A stretch of 64,000 nucleotides of DNA from Chlamydiales bacterium (GCA_022601445.1 JAJACP010000002.1:26-64025), one strand, 5' to 3'; counted from the stretch's first letter, positions 17,006 through 27,286 are shown. A program made the numbers and translations. Notes: a model not told the origin generated them from the letters alone.

Positions 17006-19417
17006 TCATTTTGTTGAAAATGAGCGCTTCTTTCCCACTAGAGCATCGTTTTCATACTGACAGAGCAGTTTAGGTGAGCCATCTTCAAAATATTTGTTGA
17101 ATTTGCCGTTTTTCTGATCGTTCACGTACTCCCCTTCAAAAACAAGCACGCCCTCATCATTCCACTCTTGACACAAGCCCTCGAGCTTATCGTCTTTATA
17201 GTGGTAGACGCTGGCAATCCCTCCCTTCTCATGGTAGGTGGTGGTGGGACCGTTGCGCACATCTTCGTGAAAAGAGACTTCTCGATAGACCTTACCATTT
17301 GGAAAGTAGCTGATGGCGTTGCCTTCTCGTTTGTCACCCTTGAAGTTCATCGTCATCATTAAAAACCCTTCAGGCGAGTAGAGGGTAGCGATTCCCTCTC
17401 GTTTCCCTTTCTTATAGTAAGTGCTTCCGAGTTTAGTTCCCTTATCAGAGTATTCGCACACCTCACCTTCGAGTCGATCGTTGTGAAAAGTCGCATCGAG
17501 TTTTTTTACTCGGCCATGCTCAGCATGTTCAGGGTAGTAGACTTGATGCACGCCCTCCCGCTGATTGTTTTTATAATGAAAGACAATTTCCTCCCCCCCA
17601 TCACTTAGCTGATAATAATGACCATCTAAAGCGCCCTTGATATAGTGGGCCTCCTCAAGCTTTTTACCCTCAGCATCCCACTGCATCTTCTTTCCATGTA
17701 GGATTCCGTCACGATAAGTGATCAGAGCGGCCTCCTTTCCATTTGGATGGAAGGACTTCTGCTCCCCATCTAACACGCCGTCTTTATAGTGAAAAAAACG
17801 AGCCAGTTGATCTGTTCCTTGGTAAAACTCTTGATGCTCTCCAGTTGGAATGCCCTTTTTGTACTGCATTGAGATCTGAAGCGAGCCATCTGGGTGCCAA
17901 CTCTGAAAGTCTCCGTCGAGAAGATCTTGAATGAAAAAGGCCGTGCTGAGTTTTGTCCCATCTTCGTAAAACTTAAGCTCACTTCCCTCTCGTTTGCCCT
18001 TTTCAAAGTGGGCCACTACATTCAGTTTTCCGCTAGGAAAGAAAATCTTCATTTCTCCATGCAGAGCACCTTGGCTATATTCCCCTTCAAAAAGGACCAC
18101 TCCGCTCTTAGCCCACTCTCGACGTTTCCCATCCAGTTTACCCTCTTTAAAAAGAGCCTCTAGCCGCTTGGTTCCATTGGAAAACCATTCGATATGCTCT
18201 CCATGGGGCTGACCAGCGAGATAGTTTTTCACACTCTTTTTGGCGCCATTTGCATAAAACTCTTCGTGAAGTCCATCCCATTTTTTATCTTTAAAATGGG
18301 CTGAGAGCTTTAACTGACCATTGTCGTAGTACTCTCTTTGTTGACCATCAAGCGCCCCGTGCACGTATACATAGTCATTTTTCAGCTGACCATTTTGGTA
18401 CCACTCTCTGAAAGAACCATGATAGTTTTCACCCACCTTAAAATACGTGCGTATCATCTGCCCATTGTCTGCATACTCCACAACTGGCTCTGTGAGCTCT
18501 CCATTTTCACTGTAGAGCGCCAAACCTGCCAGCTGTCCATTGGGATGTGTCAGACTATGTTTTCCAACAGGAATGCCTCCACGGTAGGTTCCGCCTCCGG
18601 CAAGAGAGCCATCTTCGTGAAAATGTTGCTCTTGTCCTTCTCTTTTTCCCTCTTTGTAGTTCATTCGATAGGCAATTTTTCCATTGTTGAAGTACTTCAA
18701 ATGAGGTCCTACAGGCTTTCCCAATTGAAAATCTTGCACTTCGACCAGCGAGAGATCGGAGCCATAGACCATAACCGCAGGCGTTTTACCATCTCCATGC
18801 AAAAGACCATCGACATAGAGATAAGAAGCCATCAGGCTACTCTCATCTTCGGCTTTGGGATGCCACTTGAGCGCGTTTCCATGTGGCAGACCATTTACAT
18901 AAGGGGTTTGAGACTCTCTTAAGCCATCTTCATAATAGGTAATGAACGCGCCACTTTTTTTCCCGTTTTCAAAGAGACCTTCCTCTTTTTTATTTCCATT
19001 GGGCCAAAAAGCTGCATAGGGTCCTTCACACACGCCCCGCACATAGGACTCGATTCTCTCGGTTTGTCCATTGGAATGGTAAGTTGTCACCTCTCCATGC
19101 AACTTGCCTTTTTCATAGTGTGCCGTTTGGGCGATGGTTCCATTTGCGTGATAGGCTACAGAAGCGCCTTCTAGAGTGTTTTCATCTAGAAGATCACTCT
19201 CTTGTTGGATACGGCCATTGGGATAAAAGGCGATCTGCTTAACCGCATGCTCTTCGCTATTACCGGGTTCATAGAAAATCACGTGAGCAGGATTGCCATT
19301 GAGAAAGTTTTCGACAACATGGGGGCGCCAGTTCGGCTGCCTCGGTTTAAGTGGAGGCGCTTCTTGGGCAAAAAGGGCTGTGCTGAGGAAAAGAATCAAA
19401 AAATAAATACGAAACAT
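17006..19417 (-). CDS. secreted MORN-repeat protein
   Basis: Signal peptide MFRIYFLILFLSTALFAQEA. More than 25 copies of the Y-x-N/D-G-x-(5-6)-Y-x-x-G-x-x-x-G unit (e.g. YHSNGQTERIESYVRGVCEGPY). Confidence 0.85.
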   Translation of the reverse strand: MFRIYFLILFLSTALFAQEAPPLKPRQPNWRPHVVENFLNGNPAHVIFYEPGNSEEHAVKQIAFYPNGRIQQESDLLDENTLEGASVAYHANGTIAQTAHYEKGKLHGEVTTYHSNGQTERIESYVRGVCEGPYAAFWPNGNKKEEGLFENGKKSGAFITYYEDGLRESQTPYVNGLPHGNALKWHPKAEDESSLMASYLYVDGLLHGDGKTPAVMVYGSDLSLVEVQDFQLGKPVGPHLKYFNNGKIAYRMNYKEGKREGQEQHFHEDGSLAGGGTYRGGIPVGKHSLTHPNGQLAGLALYSENGELTEPVVEYADNGQMIRTYFKVGENYHGSFREWYQNGQLKNDYVYVHGALDGQQREYYDNGQLKLSAHFKDKKWDGLHEEFYANGAKKSVKNYLAGQPHGEHIEWFSNGTKRLEALFKEGKLDGKRREWAKSGVVLFEGEYSQGALHGEMKIFFPSGKLNVVAHFEKGKREGSELKFYEDGTKLSTAFFIQDLLDGDFQSWHPDGSLQISMQYKKGIPTGEHQEFYQGTDQLARFFHYKDGVLDGEQKSFHPNGKEAALITYRDGILHGKKMQWDAEGKKLEEAHYIKGALDGHYYQLSDGGEEIVFHYKNNQREGVHQVYYPEHAEHGRVKKLDATFHNDRLEGEVCEYSDKGTKLGSTYYKKGKREGIATLYSPEGFLMMTMNFKGDKREGNAISYFPNGKVYREVSFHEDVRNGPTTTYHEKGGIASVYHYKDDKLEGLCQEWNDEGVLVFEGEYVNDQKNGKFNKYFEDGSPKLLCQYENDALVGKKRSFSTK

Positions 19418-19468
19418 ATGCTCACCTAAATTAAATTACCGTAAGCATACAAAGAAACGGAATTCTCG

Positions 19469-20875
19469 TCAGGTATTGATCTGCTCCACTTTTAGAACAC
19501 TTCCTAGCTCGAGAGAAAGAGGTAGTCCCTCGATTCCAGCACGGAATGCGTTTTTAGCTTCCTCCGGAAATAGGGCATAATTGAGTACAGGGGCGCCACG
19601 CTCCGCTCCGTCTCTAAAAACAACAGCTCGAGCATAACTTTGGATTTCAGCCTCAAGGCGGTCTGGCTCGTTGCTTAAAGTACGTTCGGCCCCCTCAACA
19701 GCTGCCTGAACACGATCGTAGCTTGATTGAGCTGCTGATCTCTCTTCTTGAGCCTTCTTAAGTTGCTCTTCCGCCTCATCGATTCGTGCCGGAAGAGCCT
19801 CAATTTGTCTCTGAAGAGTCTCTATTCTACTATCAAAATTTTTAGCGACACGCACTTTAATTGCTTGCACTCTAGCTTGCATCTTCTCATTCAAAGCGTG
19901 TATTTTGTCTGTGCTACCTCTTTTGCGACTGAGCTTTTCGATTTGCTGGTTGAGCTGGTCAATTTCCACGTCCTCATCCAAGTCTTTTTGTAGTCGCTCG
20001 GTCCGCCCCTTTTTAAGTCGATCTAATTCTGCAGAAAGAGAGCTCTTCTGCCGCTGTAGATCTCGCAGCTCGCCATGCTGCCTGCTTACAACACCTTGTT
20101 TTTCCCAAAGCAATCGTGAGCCTCGATTTCTGGTCTCTCGCAAACTAGGTAGATTGGCTTGGGCTGTTGAAGCTTCCACAGAAACAGCTGCTTGCAGCTT
20201 CTCTAACGCCTTTTGTTCACGTCGTTTAAACTCTTCTTTTACTTTTCTGCTTAGTACGTCTACTTTCCTATCAAGCAGGCGAAACAACTCTTGGTTGGGC
20301 ATCTCCCTCAAGTTGCCTAACTTTTCAAGAGCCTGACCTTCTAACTGCTCCAACACTTCCAGACGTCTTTGTTGCTCTGGATGGCAACTTTCAGGTAAAT
20401 CAGTTGAAACTGCTTTCCTTCTAGCTGCTACAGCTTGCAAGAATCGATCGACACCTTCAAGCTTCAATTCCTTTAGGTCTGCTGCAAGTTCTTTCTCGAC
20501 ATCCCCAAATATTTTTTGTACTTTGGCAGGAATTTCACTCTCTTTACCAACGCTAAGCTCATTGATTAGCGGCAACGGCAATTCTGATCCATAATCCACT
20601 GGCTTCCATCCACATACGCTCGCGATCGAATAGATTATAAGCTGTAAAACTCCCGGAATGCTTTTTTTATCGTAAGCCTGTGAAACTTTTTGCTTAAAAT
20701 TCAGTGAGGAGTCAGATAGGATCCTCTGAAGATCATTCTTGTAAAATGACGGGATACTTTCTGGGCTCTCCTGAGTCCATGTGCGCCCTTCGTACTCGAC
20801 GCGCTGTGCTTCTTCGGACAAAGGCGATTCTCTTTGTTTTGCCGATGGGTCAGGTTTTCCTACTGGTCCTGTCAT
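19469..20875 (-). CDS. coiled-coil protein of unknown function
   Basis: Long heptad-like E/K/R/Q/L-rich central region (..LDRLKKGRTERLQKDLDEDVEIDQLNQQIEKLSRKR..). Start set at ATG 20875; the track start is 20929. Confidence 0.5.
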   Translation of the reverse strand: MTGPVGKPDPSAKQRESPLSEEAQRVEYEGRTWTQESPESIPSFYKNDLQRILSDSSLNFKQKVSQAYDKKSIPGVLQLIIYSIASVCGWKPVDYGSELPLPLINELSVGKESEIPAKVQKIFGDVEKELAADLKELKLEGVDRFLQAVAARRKAVSTDLPESCHPEQQRRLEVLEQLEGQALEKLGNLREMPNQELFRLLDRKVDVLSRKVKEEFKRREQKALEKLQAAVSVEASTAQANLPSLRETRNRGSRLLWEKQGVVSRQHGELRDLQRQKSSLSAELDRLKKGRTERLQKDLDEDVEIDQLNQQIEKLSRKRGSTDKIHALNEKMQARVQAIKVRVAKNFDSRIETLQRQIEALPARIDEAEEQLKKAQEERSAAQSSYDRVQAAVEGAERTLSNEPDRLEAEIQSYARAVVFRDGAERGAPVLNYALFPEEAKNAFRAGIEGLPLSLELGSVLKVEQINT

Positions 20876-20959
20876 AAAGATTCCATATAACTTTCCCCTA
20901 ATTGTATTATTAAATAATAAAATTGACAATTTATTAATTAAACATTAATTTAAGTTGTA

Positions 20960-23065
20960 ATGGATAAAACTGAACTCAAAATCGAAGGGATGCACTGCGT
21001 CGCCTGCGAAAAAACCATCCGTGACTCTCTTAAAAAAGTGCCTGGCGTTGAAGACGCTACGGTTAGCTTCATTGCAAAACAAGCAATTATCACCGGAACC
21101 GCTCTACCTGAAGAACTCATAAAATCAGTTCAGTCAGTTGGTTACAACGCACACTCTGTTTATGGAACTAGCGACGAAGATATCGAAAAAGGAGAAGCTC
21201 TCAATTTCAAGGTGCAACTGGCCCTAGTTATCCTCTCCGCCCTTTTCACTCTCCCTCTCTTTTTACAGATGGGAATCAACTTTGTCCCCCTTTGGGTCCA
21301 GTTTATCTTAGCCACGGTTGTACAATTTGGATTCGGTTGGCGCTTTTATGTAGGAAGTTATTGGGCATTAAAAACGTTTACTGGAAACATGGATCTATTG
21401 ATCGGATTGGGTACCTCTGCCGCTTACTTTTTTAGTGCTGTTGTGTTCATCTTCGCCCTCCCCCGTCACGTCTATTTTGAGGCGAGCGCCTCGATCATCA
21501 CCTTGGTGCTACTAGGGCGACTGCTTGAGCTGTGCACCCAAAGAAGAGCCTCTGGAGCCATTAAAGCGCTTCTCAAGCTGCAGCCCAAACTGGCTAGGGT
21601 CAAACAGGACGGCGAGTGGGTCATGCTTCCCATCGAGAAGATCCAAGTGGGGCAGGTGTTTCACGTACGCCCCGGGGAAAAGGTGCCGATTGACGGAGAA
21701 GTTGTGGAAGGCGAGTCCCATATTGATGAGTCTCTTTTAACGGGTGAAAGCATCCCGGTGCACAAAGAGGTGGGCGGCTTGCTGATCGGTGGCACACAAA
21801 ACCAACAGGGCTCGATCTTAGGTAGGGCGACAGCTATCGGATCGGATACGGCTCTTTCGGCTATTATTCGACTCGTGCGCGAGGCGCAAGGGTCGCGGGC
21901 CCCCATTCAGAAGTTGGCCGATCAAATTTCGGCTATTTTTGTCCCGATTGTGGTGAGCATTGCTCTTCTTGCTTTTGCCCTTTGGTGGGGGTTTGCCCAT
22001 GATTTTACAGAAGCTTTGATCAATGCGGTGGCTGTTTTGGTGATTGCGTGCCCCTGCGCGCTCGGCATGGCCACACCGACTGTGATCATGGTGGCCACCG
22101 GACGTGGAGCGCGGGCAGGCATTTTAATCAAAAATGCGGAAGCGCTCCAACGTGCAGAGAAACTCTCTATTTTAGCGGTCGACAAAACAGGGACACTCAC
22201 TGAAGGAAGGCCAGTGCTCACGAACGTGATCCCAGACAAGCCGACGGTGCGAAAGCTGGCAGCCTCTTTAGAGGAGCACTCGGAGCACCCACTGGCAAGA
22301 GCGATTGTTGAGGGCTCTCCAGTCGCAGCTGTAAGAGATTTTAGAGCTATTCCAGGAAAAGGGGTGGAAGGAAAAATCGAAGAAAAAAACTACCAGATCG
22401 GCTCGCTCCGCTGGGCCCAAGAGAGAGGCCTGATAGTAGATGATACCGCCACAGGGCCTCTTGAAAGTGCTGGGAAAACCGTTGTCTGTCTGAGTGACGA
22501 CACACACATACTTGGGTACCTAGCTGTTGCTGATACCCTGCGTCCGCACTCCAAAGAAGGCATCCAAAAAATCATGGATCTGGGTCTTGAGGTTGTGATG
22601 CTGACCGGAGATCAGGAAAAAACAGCACAAGCAATTGCCAAAGAGGCAGGTATTTCTACCTTTAAAACCGAAATTTTACCCCAAGACAAAGCGGAAAATG
22701 TGGAGAGACTCCGCCACAGCGGAAAGGGTGTCGGAATGGTCGGAGATGGAGTCAATGACGCCCCAGCGCTTGCAGCTGCAGACGTTGGTTTTGCTATGAG
22801 TTCAGGGACAGATATTGCCCTAGAAGCCTCAGACATTACACTGATGCGCAATGATATGCGACAAGTCGCTGCTGCTATTGACTTATCACGAGCCACCTTC
22901 CGGAAGGTGCGACAAAATCTTTTTTTTGCTTTTTTTTATAACTGCCTGGGAATTCCTTTGGCGGCTTTTGGCTTGCTCAACCCGATTATTGCGGGGGCAG
23001 CCATGGCCTTAAGTTCGCTTTGTGTCGTGAGTAATTCTCTTCTATTAAATCGGTGGAAACCATAA
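20960..23065 (+). CDS. copA: copper-translocating P1B-type ATPase
   Basis: N-terminal HMA GMHCVACEKT. TM CPC motif IACPCALGMATP. Phosphorylation site DKTGTLT. Also GDGVNDAP. Confidence 0.95.
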   Translation: MDKTELKIEGMHCVACEKTIRDSLKKVPGVEDATVSFIAKQAIITGTALPEELIKSVQSVGYNAHSVYGTSDEDIEKGEALNFKVQLALVILSALFTLPLFLQMGINFVPLWVQFILATVVQFGFGWRFYVGSYWALKTFTGNMDLLIGLGTSAAYFFSAVVFIFALPRHVYFEASASIITLVLLGRLLELCTQRRASGAIKALLKLQPKLARVKQDGEWVMLPIEKIQVGQVFHVRPGEKVPIDGEVVEGESHIDESLLTGESIPVHKEVGGLLIGGTQNQQGSILGRATAIGSDTALSAIIRLVREAQGSRAPIQKLADQISAIFVPIVVSIALLAFALWWGFAHDFTEALINAVAVLVIACPCALGMATPTVIMVATGRGARAGILIKNAEALQRAEKLSILAVDKTGTLTEGRPVLTNVIPDKPTVRKLAASLEEHSEHPLARAIVEGSPVAAVRDFRAIPGKGVEGKIEEKNYQIGSLRWAQERGLIVDDTATGPLESAGKTVVCLSDDTHILGYLAVADTLRPHSKEGIQKIMDLGLEVVMLTGDQEKTAQAIAKEAGISTFKTEILPQDKAENVERLRHSGKGVGMVGDGVNDAPALAAADVGFAMSSGTDIALEASDITLMRNDMRQVAAAIDLSRATFRKVRQNLFFAFFYNCLGIPLAAFGLLNPIIAGAAMALSSLCVVSNSLLLNRWKP

Positions 23066-23066
23066 A

Positions 23067-24071
23067 ATGGGTAGTATGTTCCTACAACGTAAAGCGATCT
23101 ATAATCTTCTTCAAATTAATTTGCCTCGCATTGAATCGGGCGAGCTTAGGGTTGCTGATTTGCAGGCGTGGCAAACTCAGGATTACCGGCTGCAGTCAAC
23201 TGATACCTTAATGGAGCAGCTCTGTTCGCTGGGGATCTCATTTGGAAGTGGAGACTTTGGCGCCTTTGCTGAAGGTTATGAGGAGCCTGAGGAGATGCTT
23301 GAGGCTGTCGCCAAAGAGCGCGACCCTCTGGAACAGGACCACGTCTTTCTTTTAATCTTTGAGTTGTGGCGCCGTATGTTTCCTGAGAAGCGCACGCTTT
23401 CGATTTTCTGCGACGAGCTTGATTATCAGATGACGCAATACGACTTGGAGCATGAGAGCGACATTGCAGATACGTTGGAGTATTTGCTGCAGATTTTGGA
23501 AGAAAACGCTGACAAGGGGCTTGATCCTCAAGAAGTGTTTCAAACGATTCAGACCTATTGTGCTAATGAGGTAGAGAGTTTTCTTTTCGACTACATGCTA
23601 GCTCAGATTGAAGAGAGCAACCGGAGTTATGCCTCTGAACTTCTAGAAGGGTTCTCCCCCTTCTTGAGCGACACGCTTTGGTTCGATTATTTACGGGCGC
23701 GCATTGACTTTGTAGAGGATCCTGAGCGTGGTTCTCACGAGTTTGAGAATTTGATTAGACGAATCTCAGAAGAGACGAGCATTGATCTTGTAGAAGAGAT
23801 GCTCTATTTTCTTGCGGACGCAGGCAGTTATTTCTTATTTCATGATTTGGCCCTGAAGATGTTTAGCTTGATGGAAGTGGAGGAAGATTTCCGGGAGTTT
23901 CTGGAGATTTGCTACATTCATTTTGATCATCTGGAGCTGCGCGATCCAGGTATTGTGGTTTCTGAGATTTATCACCGTCGTAAAGAGATTGCCTCTGAGG
24001 AACCTCTTTCAAAAGAGGATACAGATGTTCAAAAGCTACGTGCGCTCCTCGACCAAAAGCTCCATCTTTGA
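23067..24071 (+). CDS. acidic hypothetical protein, probably co-transcribed with copA
   Basis: ATG lies 1 nt after the copA stop. 334 aa, E/D-rich and helical. No motif recognised. Confidence 0.5.
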   Translation: MGSMFLQRKAIYNLLQINLPRIESGELRVADLQAWQTQDYRLQSTDTLMEQLCSLGISFGSGDFGAFAEGYEEPEEMLEAVAKERDPLEQDHVFLLIFELWRRMFPEKRTLSIFCDELDYQMTQYDLEHESDIADTLEYLLQILEENADKGLDPQEVFQTIQTYCANEVESFLFDYMLAQIEESNRSYASELLEGFSPFLSDTLWFDYLRARIDFVEDPERGSHEFENLIRRISEETSIDLVEEMLYFLADAGSYFLFHDLALKMFSLMEVEEDFREFLEICYIHFDHLELRDPGIVVSEIYHRRKEIASEEPLSKEDTDVQKLRALLDQKLHL

Positions 24072-24128
24072 TTCACAAGCTCCGATCAAGCCCTTTTCCG
24101 ATTGAAGAATTAGTGCATCCTTGTCATA

Positions 24129-25583
24129 ATGTCTTTAAACTACCTTAACGAAGGACATAGTATGGGCGCCGTTACAGCCACACATTCAGCTTGTGTATCA
24201 TTTGTATCCTACCATGATGGTGAAGAGGATGATCTTCGGGCCAATGGCATTCTAGCAGCAGCCATAAAAGGCTCACAAGCTGCACTTCAAGTATTCGCTG
24301 CCATCGGAAACCTAGACATTAAACACGCACAACCTGATGAAGAGACTAAAGAGGTCTCAACTCAAGCCGAGTTTGAGGCGCGTCTCGCTTTGACAGACTC
24401 TATCTATGGCAGAAAAGTCACCTTTCCCGGAGCTCCCTCTAAAGAAAAAGCGTGTCAAGCCTATGTAGACCTTATCTTGGCGTCAACTCAAAACACTCCC
24501 TCTCAGGGGCTCACTGTTCTACATACAGCTTCTTTTGCGGACTTATCCGCTATCGTAAGTAGCGCACAAGATGGCCAGCTAAGCAACGCAACTTTTTTTA
24601 CCTACGGTTCTGTCAACATGATGTGGGGGCTTCCGAAGGGTGACTTCTCAGATTTTTTTCAACATGTGGAAAGGAGTGGCGCCACTCTTTATTTGGCCGA
24701 AAGATATCCTTTTCTAGGTGACAAAACACAGTACAGTGAAAGCACAGCTCCTTTCACCTGTTGGGTAACAGAACATATAGACACAGAGGGAGGCTTGCAG
24801 AGGGTCAATGCAGGTAGAGAAAATTCTGCAAGAACCCGAATGAAGCAAGCAGGACGCATTAAACAGTATATGATTGATGCATTAAAGCAGCATGAGGGTG
24901 ACGAAACGAAGAGGTTAGAACTCAAAGAACGTTATTTTGCCGTTATCAAAACCATGGGCTTGGATGAAGGTGAATTTGATATAAACCATGTCCAAGAGCA
25001 ACTTTGTACAGCTACTTTCAAAGATGATGAGACCTATACAGAGTTTAAACAGAGCCTTAATGCTCTAGAAGGTTGCCTCAAGGAATTGTTAGCAGGGACA
25101 AAAAATGTCGGATACGTTCCTCGTTCTTTTAACATCTATGTCAGCACCTCACTCTACTCTCAGGTATTGATTGCCGATCAGATCCCTGCACTCATGGCTG
25201 CTGAAAAGATCGAGGGTAGAGCAGAAAAGGGCATTGCTGCGCAGACATTTCCAGTGAAGTATGCAGGACATAAAGGTAAATACCCCGTATATGAGTCTGA
25301 CAGTCGTTCAAAAGTGCACTACTTAGAGACTGAACGTAGGTACCCTGATCAAGCTGAGCAGGTTACCGAAAGGAACATGAAGTATATTGATTTGTGCTCA
25401 GCATGGGCTCTCTTGGAAGACCCGAGTTTATTCACTGACCAAAGGAGAGCAGAGGTGCTCGGTAGTCCGGAGTTTCAGAGAATGGCTCTGAGACTGATCG
25501 AAGAGGTTAAAAACAACGGCTATGCCCTACCTAAAAGTGTGGAGCAATTCAAGGAAGAGCAGGCCGCAACCACCCAAATGTAA
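24129..25583 (+). CDS. hypothetical protein
   Basis: Long ORF. The more likely start is ATG 24162 (AAGGA 6 nt upstream). No motif recognised. Confidence 0.5.
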   Translation: MSLNYLNEGHSMGAVTATHSACVSFVSYHDGEEDDLRANGILAAAIKGSQAALQVFAAIGNLDIKHAQPDEETKEVSTQAEFEARLALTDSIYGRKVTFPGAPSKEKACQAYVDLILASTQNTPSQGLTVLHTASFADLSAIVSSAQDGQLSNATFFTYGSVNMMWGLPKGDFSDFFQHVERSGATLYLAERYPFLGDKTQYSESTAPFTCWVTEHIDTEGGLQRVNAGRENSARTRMKQAGRIKQYMIDALKQHEGDETKRLELKERYFAVIKTMGLDEGEFDINHVQEQLCTATFKDDETYTEFKQSLNALEGCLKELLAGTKNVGYVPRSFNIYVSTSLYSQVLIADQIPALMAAEKIEGRAEKGIAAQTFPVKYAGHKGKYPVYESDSRSKVHYLETERRYPDQAEQVTERNMKYIDLCSAWALLEDPSLFTDQRRAEVLGSPEFQRMALRLIEEVKNNGYALPKSVEQFKEEQAATTQM

Positions 25584-25594
25584 AGGATAAAAGG

Positions 25595-25618
25595 GTGGGC
25601 TTGAACGCTCAAGCCCAC
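25595..25618. terminator. bidirectional hairpin between convergent genes
   Basis: GTGGGCTTGA-ACGC-TCAAGCCCAC, a 10-bp perfect stem, 11 nt after the stop of 24129..25583 and 6 nt before the end of 25625..26965. Flanking T/A tracts are short. Confidence 0.55.
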
Positions 25619-25624
25619 TCTTTA

Positions 25625-26965
25625 TCAGCTGCCTAATACATAACGTACAGAAGGACCTTTTCCGATTCGCTTTAATTTTCCATCTTGCATTAACTCTTTA
25701 AGTCTACGGGTAGCCGTATTTCTAGAAACTCCAAGAAATTCCATGGCGTCTTTGATTTTAACCTCCCCTCGCATCTTTACAAAATCTAAGACATCTTGCT
25801 TTTCTGATTGACTACGTCTCCTTTGAGGTTCGAAAAAGAAGGTGACCTTCACAAAATCTCCTCCCTCAGCATATTCGGGCTTTCGCAGACCCGCACGTCT
25901 GCAACTGTCAAAAATAAGCCGAATGCCTCTGCCCAACTTTTCAACCAACCCCGCTCTTCTAGCTAGCCTGGCAATCACTGGATTTCTCAGGTACGTTGTG
26001 CCATCTCCAAGTTGTTGTAAGTCAACCACTCCAGGAAAACAGCCTGGGCTGAAAATTTCAAGGTGGTGCTCATAAAGAGCCATTTTGATCGCTCCTGGGA
26101 TGGAATACTTTCTATGAATAAGCGCATTTAAAATCGCTTCCCTTAAAGCCTCTTTCGGTACCGGCAGCGAGCGCTTGAGATAGACCCCCTTAAGGGCAAA
26201 CCCACCTTTTAACCAAGAGACAAGAAGTTCAAATGCCTTTTCAGCTAACTGGGGGATCGGCCCTGTTAATTCCTCAGTTCTGAGAATTTCTCTCTCTTTG
26301 TTCCCTTGAAATTGTGTACAAAGAACTGCAGCCTCCGAAATATAGTCTCCCGGGGAGTCACAAAAAAACAAAGTGCCTCCGACTGTAGGGGCATATCTCT
26401 CTTGATTTGCAGGGTATGTTGTGACGATTTTATCTGCTAGTAGCCGCTTTTCACTCACACGCTTTTCGTAAAATGCATGGAGACGCTCTTTTGAAAGGAT
26501 CTGCATAGACTCTTGTAAAGCCTCTTCGTCAAAAGTGATCCGCTGCCCCTCGCGAATCAGATCATGCACATACTCTTCATTCGCCTGTCTTGTGCTTGAG
26601 CCCACTCTGATATATACCCCTTTTGGAACTCCTTCTGATTTCAAAAAGTAAGGTTTTTTTGGGCTTGGAGGAATATCTACAATAAGGACAGAAACATCCC
26701 CAATCGCTTTCTCCCAAATTCTAGGCGCAAGCACCGGAGAAACCGAATCGTATAAGCTATTTGGAAATTCATCGTATAATCGCTCCCTCTCTCTATCGCT
26801 TATTCCTTTGATTTCCCTTGTTGCATCTTCTACGCCAATCACAATTTGTCCTCCAAATCCATTCGCAAAAGCAATGCATGTCTTCACTAATACGCTAAAT
26901 TTAGGGAGAGTTGATTTCAGCTCAAGATTTTTAGACTCTCTTTCTGGGTAAATATTTTTTTTCAT
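25625..26965 (-). CDS. AlbA_2 (Schlafen-like) / ATPase-like / C-terminal wHTH putative regulator (COG2865-type)
   Basis: N-terminus ESKNLELKSTLP...CIAFANGFGGQIVIGVED is typical of the divergent AAA_4/AlbA_2 domain. Middle region ALREAILNALIHRKY. C-terminal HTH EFLGVSRNTATRRLKELMQDGKLKRIGKG. Confidence 0.75.
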   Translation of the reverse strand: MKKNIYPERESKNLELKSTLPKFSVLVKTCIAFANGFGGQIVIGVEDATREIKGISDRERERLYDEFPNSLYDSVSPVLAPRIWEKAIGDVSVLIVDIPPSPKKPYFLKSEGVPKGVYIRVGSSTRQANEEYVHDLIREGQRITFDEEALQESMQILSKERLHAFYEKRVSEKRLLADKIVTTYPANQERYAPTVGGTLFFCDSPGDYISEAAVLCTQFQGNKEREILRTEELTGPIPQLAEKAFELLVSWLKGGFALKGVYLKRSLPVPKEALREAILNALIHRKYSIPGAIKMALYEHHLEIFSPGCFPGVVDLQQLGDGTTYLRNPVIARLARRAGLVEKLGRGIRLIFDSCRRAGLRKPEYAEGGDFVKVTFFFEPQRRRSQSEKQDVLDFVKMRGEVKIKDAMEFLGVSRNTATRRLKELMQDGKLKRIGKGPSVRYVLGS

Positions 26966-26986
26966 CTCAAAACGCTCTCGGGTGAA

Positions 26987-27052
26987 ATTGCACCAATTGC
27001 ACCAATCATATCATAATTGCACCAATTGCACCAAATGTATTGAATTGCACCA
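26987..27052. promoter_or_regulatory. five direct copies of ATTGCACCA (two adjacent pairs plus a single) upstream of the COG2865-type gene
   Basis: Exact 9-mers at 26987-26995, 26996-27004, 27016-27024, 27025-27033 and 27044-27052. The first copy is 22 nt from start codon 26965. The last copy abuts the islet repeat. Confidence 0.8.
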
Positions 27053-27053
27053 C

Positions 27054-27113
27054 GGGCTACAGAATCTTGAGAGGCTTGAAGTCAAGGTAGTCACAAGAGG
27101 TAAGGTGATACTC
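27054..27113. repeat. left direct repeat of the islet; orphan copy of the 3' end of the metallophosphoesterase gene (attL-like)
   Basis: 54 of 60 nt are identical to 32929-32988. The core 27070-27113 versus 32945-32988 has one mismatch. On the minus strand it still reads EYHLTSCDYLDFKPLKIL-stop. Confidence 0.9.
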
Positions 27114-27286
27114 TATCTGCGATGGGTCTCCTAAAAAATTTATTGTTGTTGATTAAGATAAAAATGAGGAGAAGTGTGTTAATGTAGAATCTAGCTCCCA
27201 CAGATGTGAATCGCTAATATTTATTTGACAACCTTAGAATAGACAGCAACATATTTTTGGAGACTTAGAACTTTCACCCCGCGGAA

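Noticed and set aside
27070-27113. The possibility that the 44-nt match is part of a dispersed genomic repeat rather than an att-like duplication.
   Set aside because: The match is in frame with, and limited to, the exact 3' coding end plus stop of the metallophosphoesterase gene, and its differences are synonymous. This still needs a genome-wide copy count to be certain.
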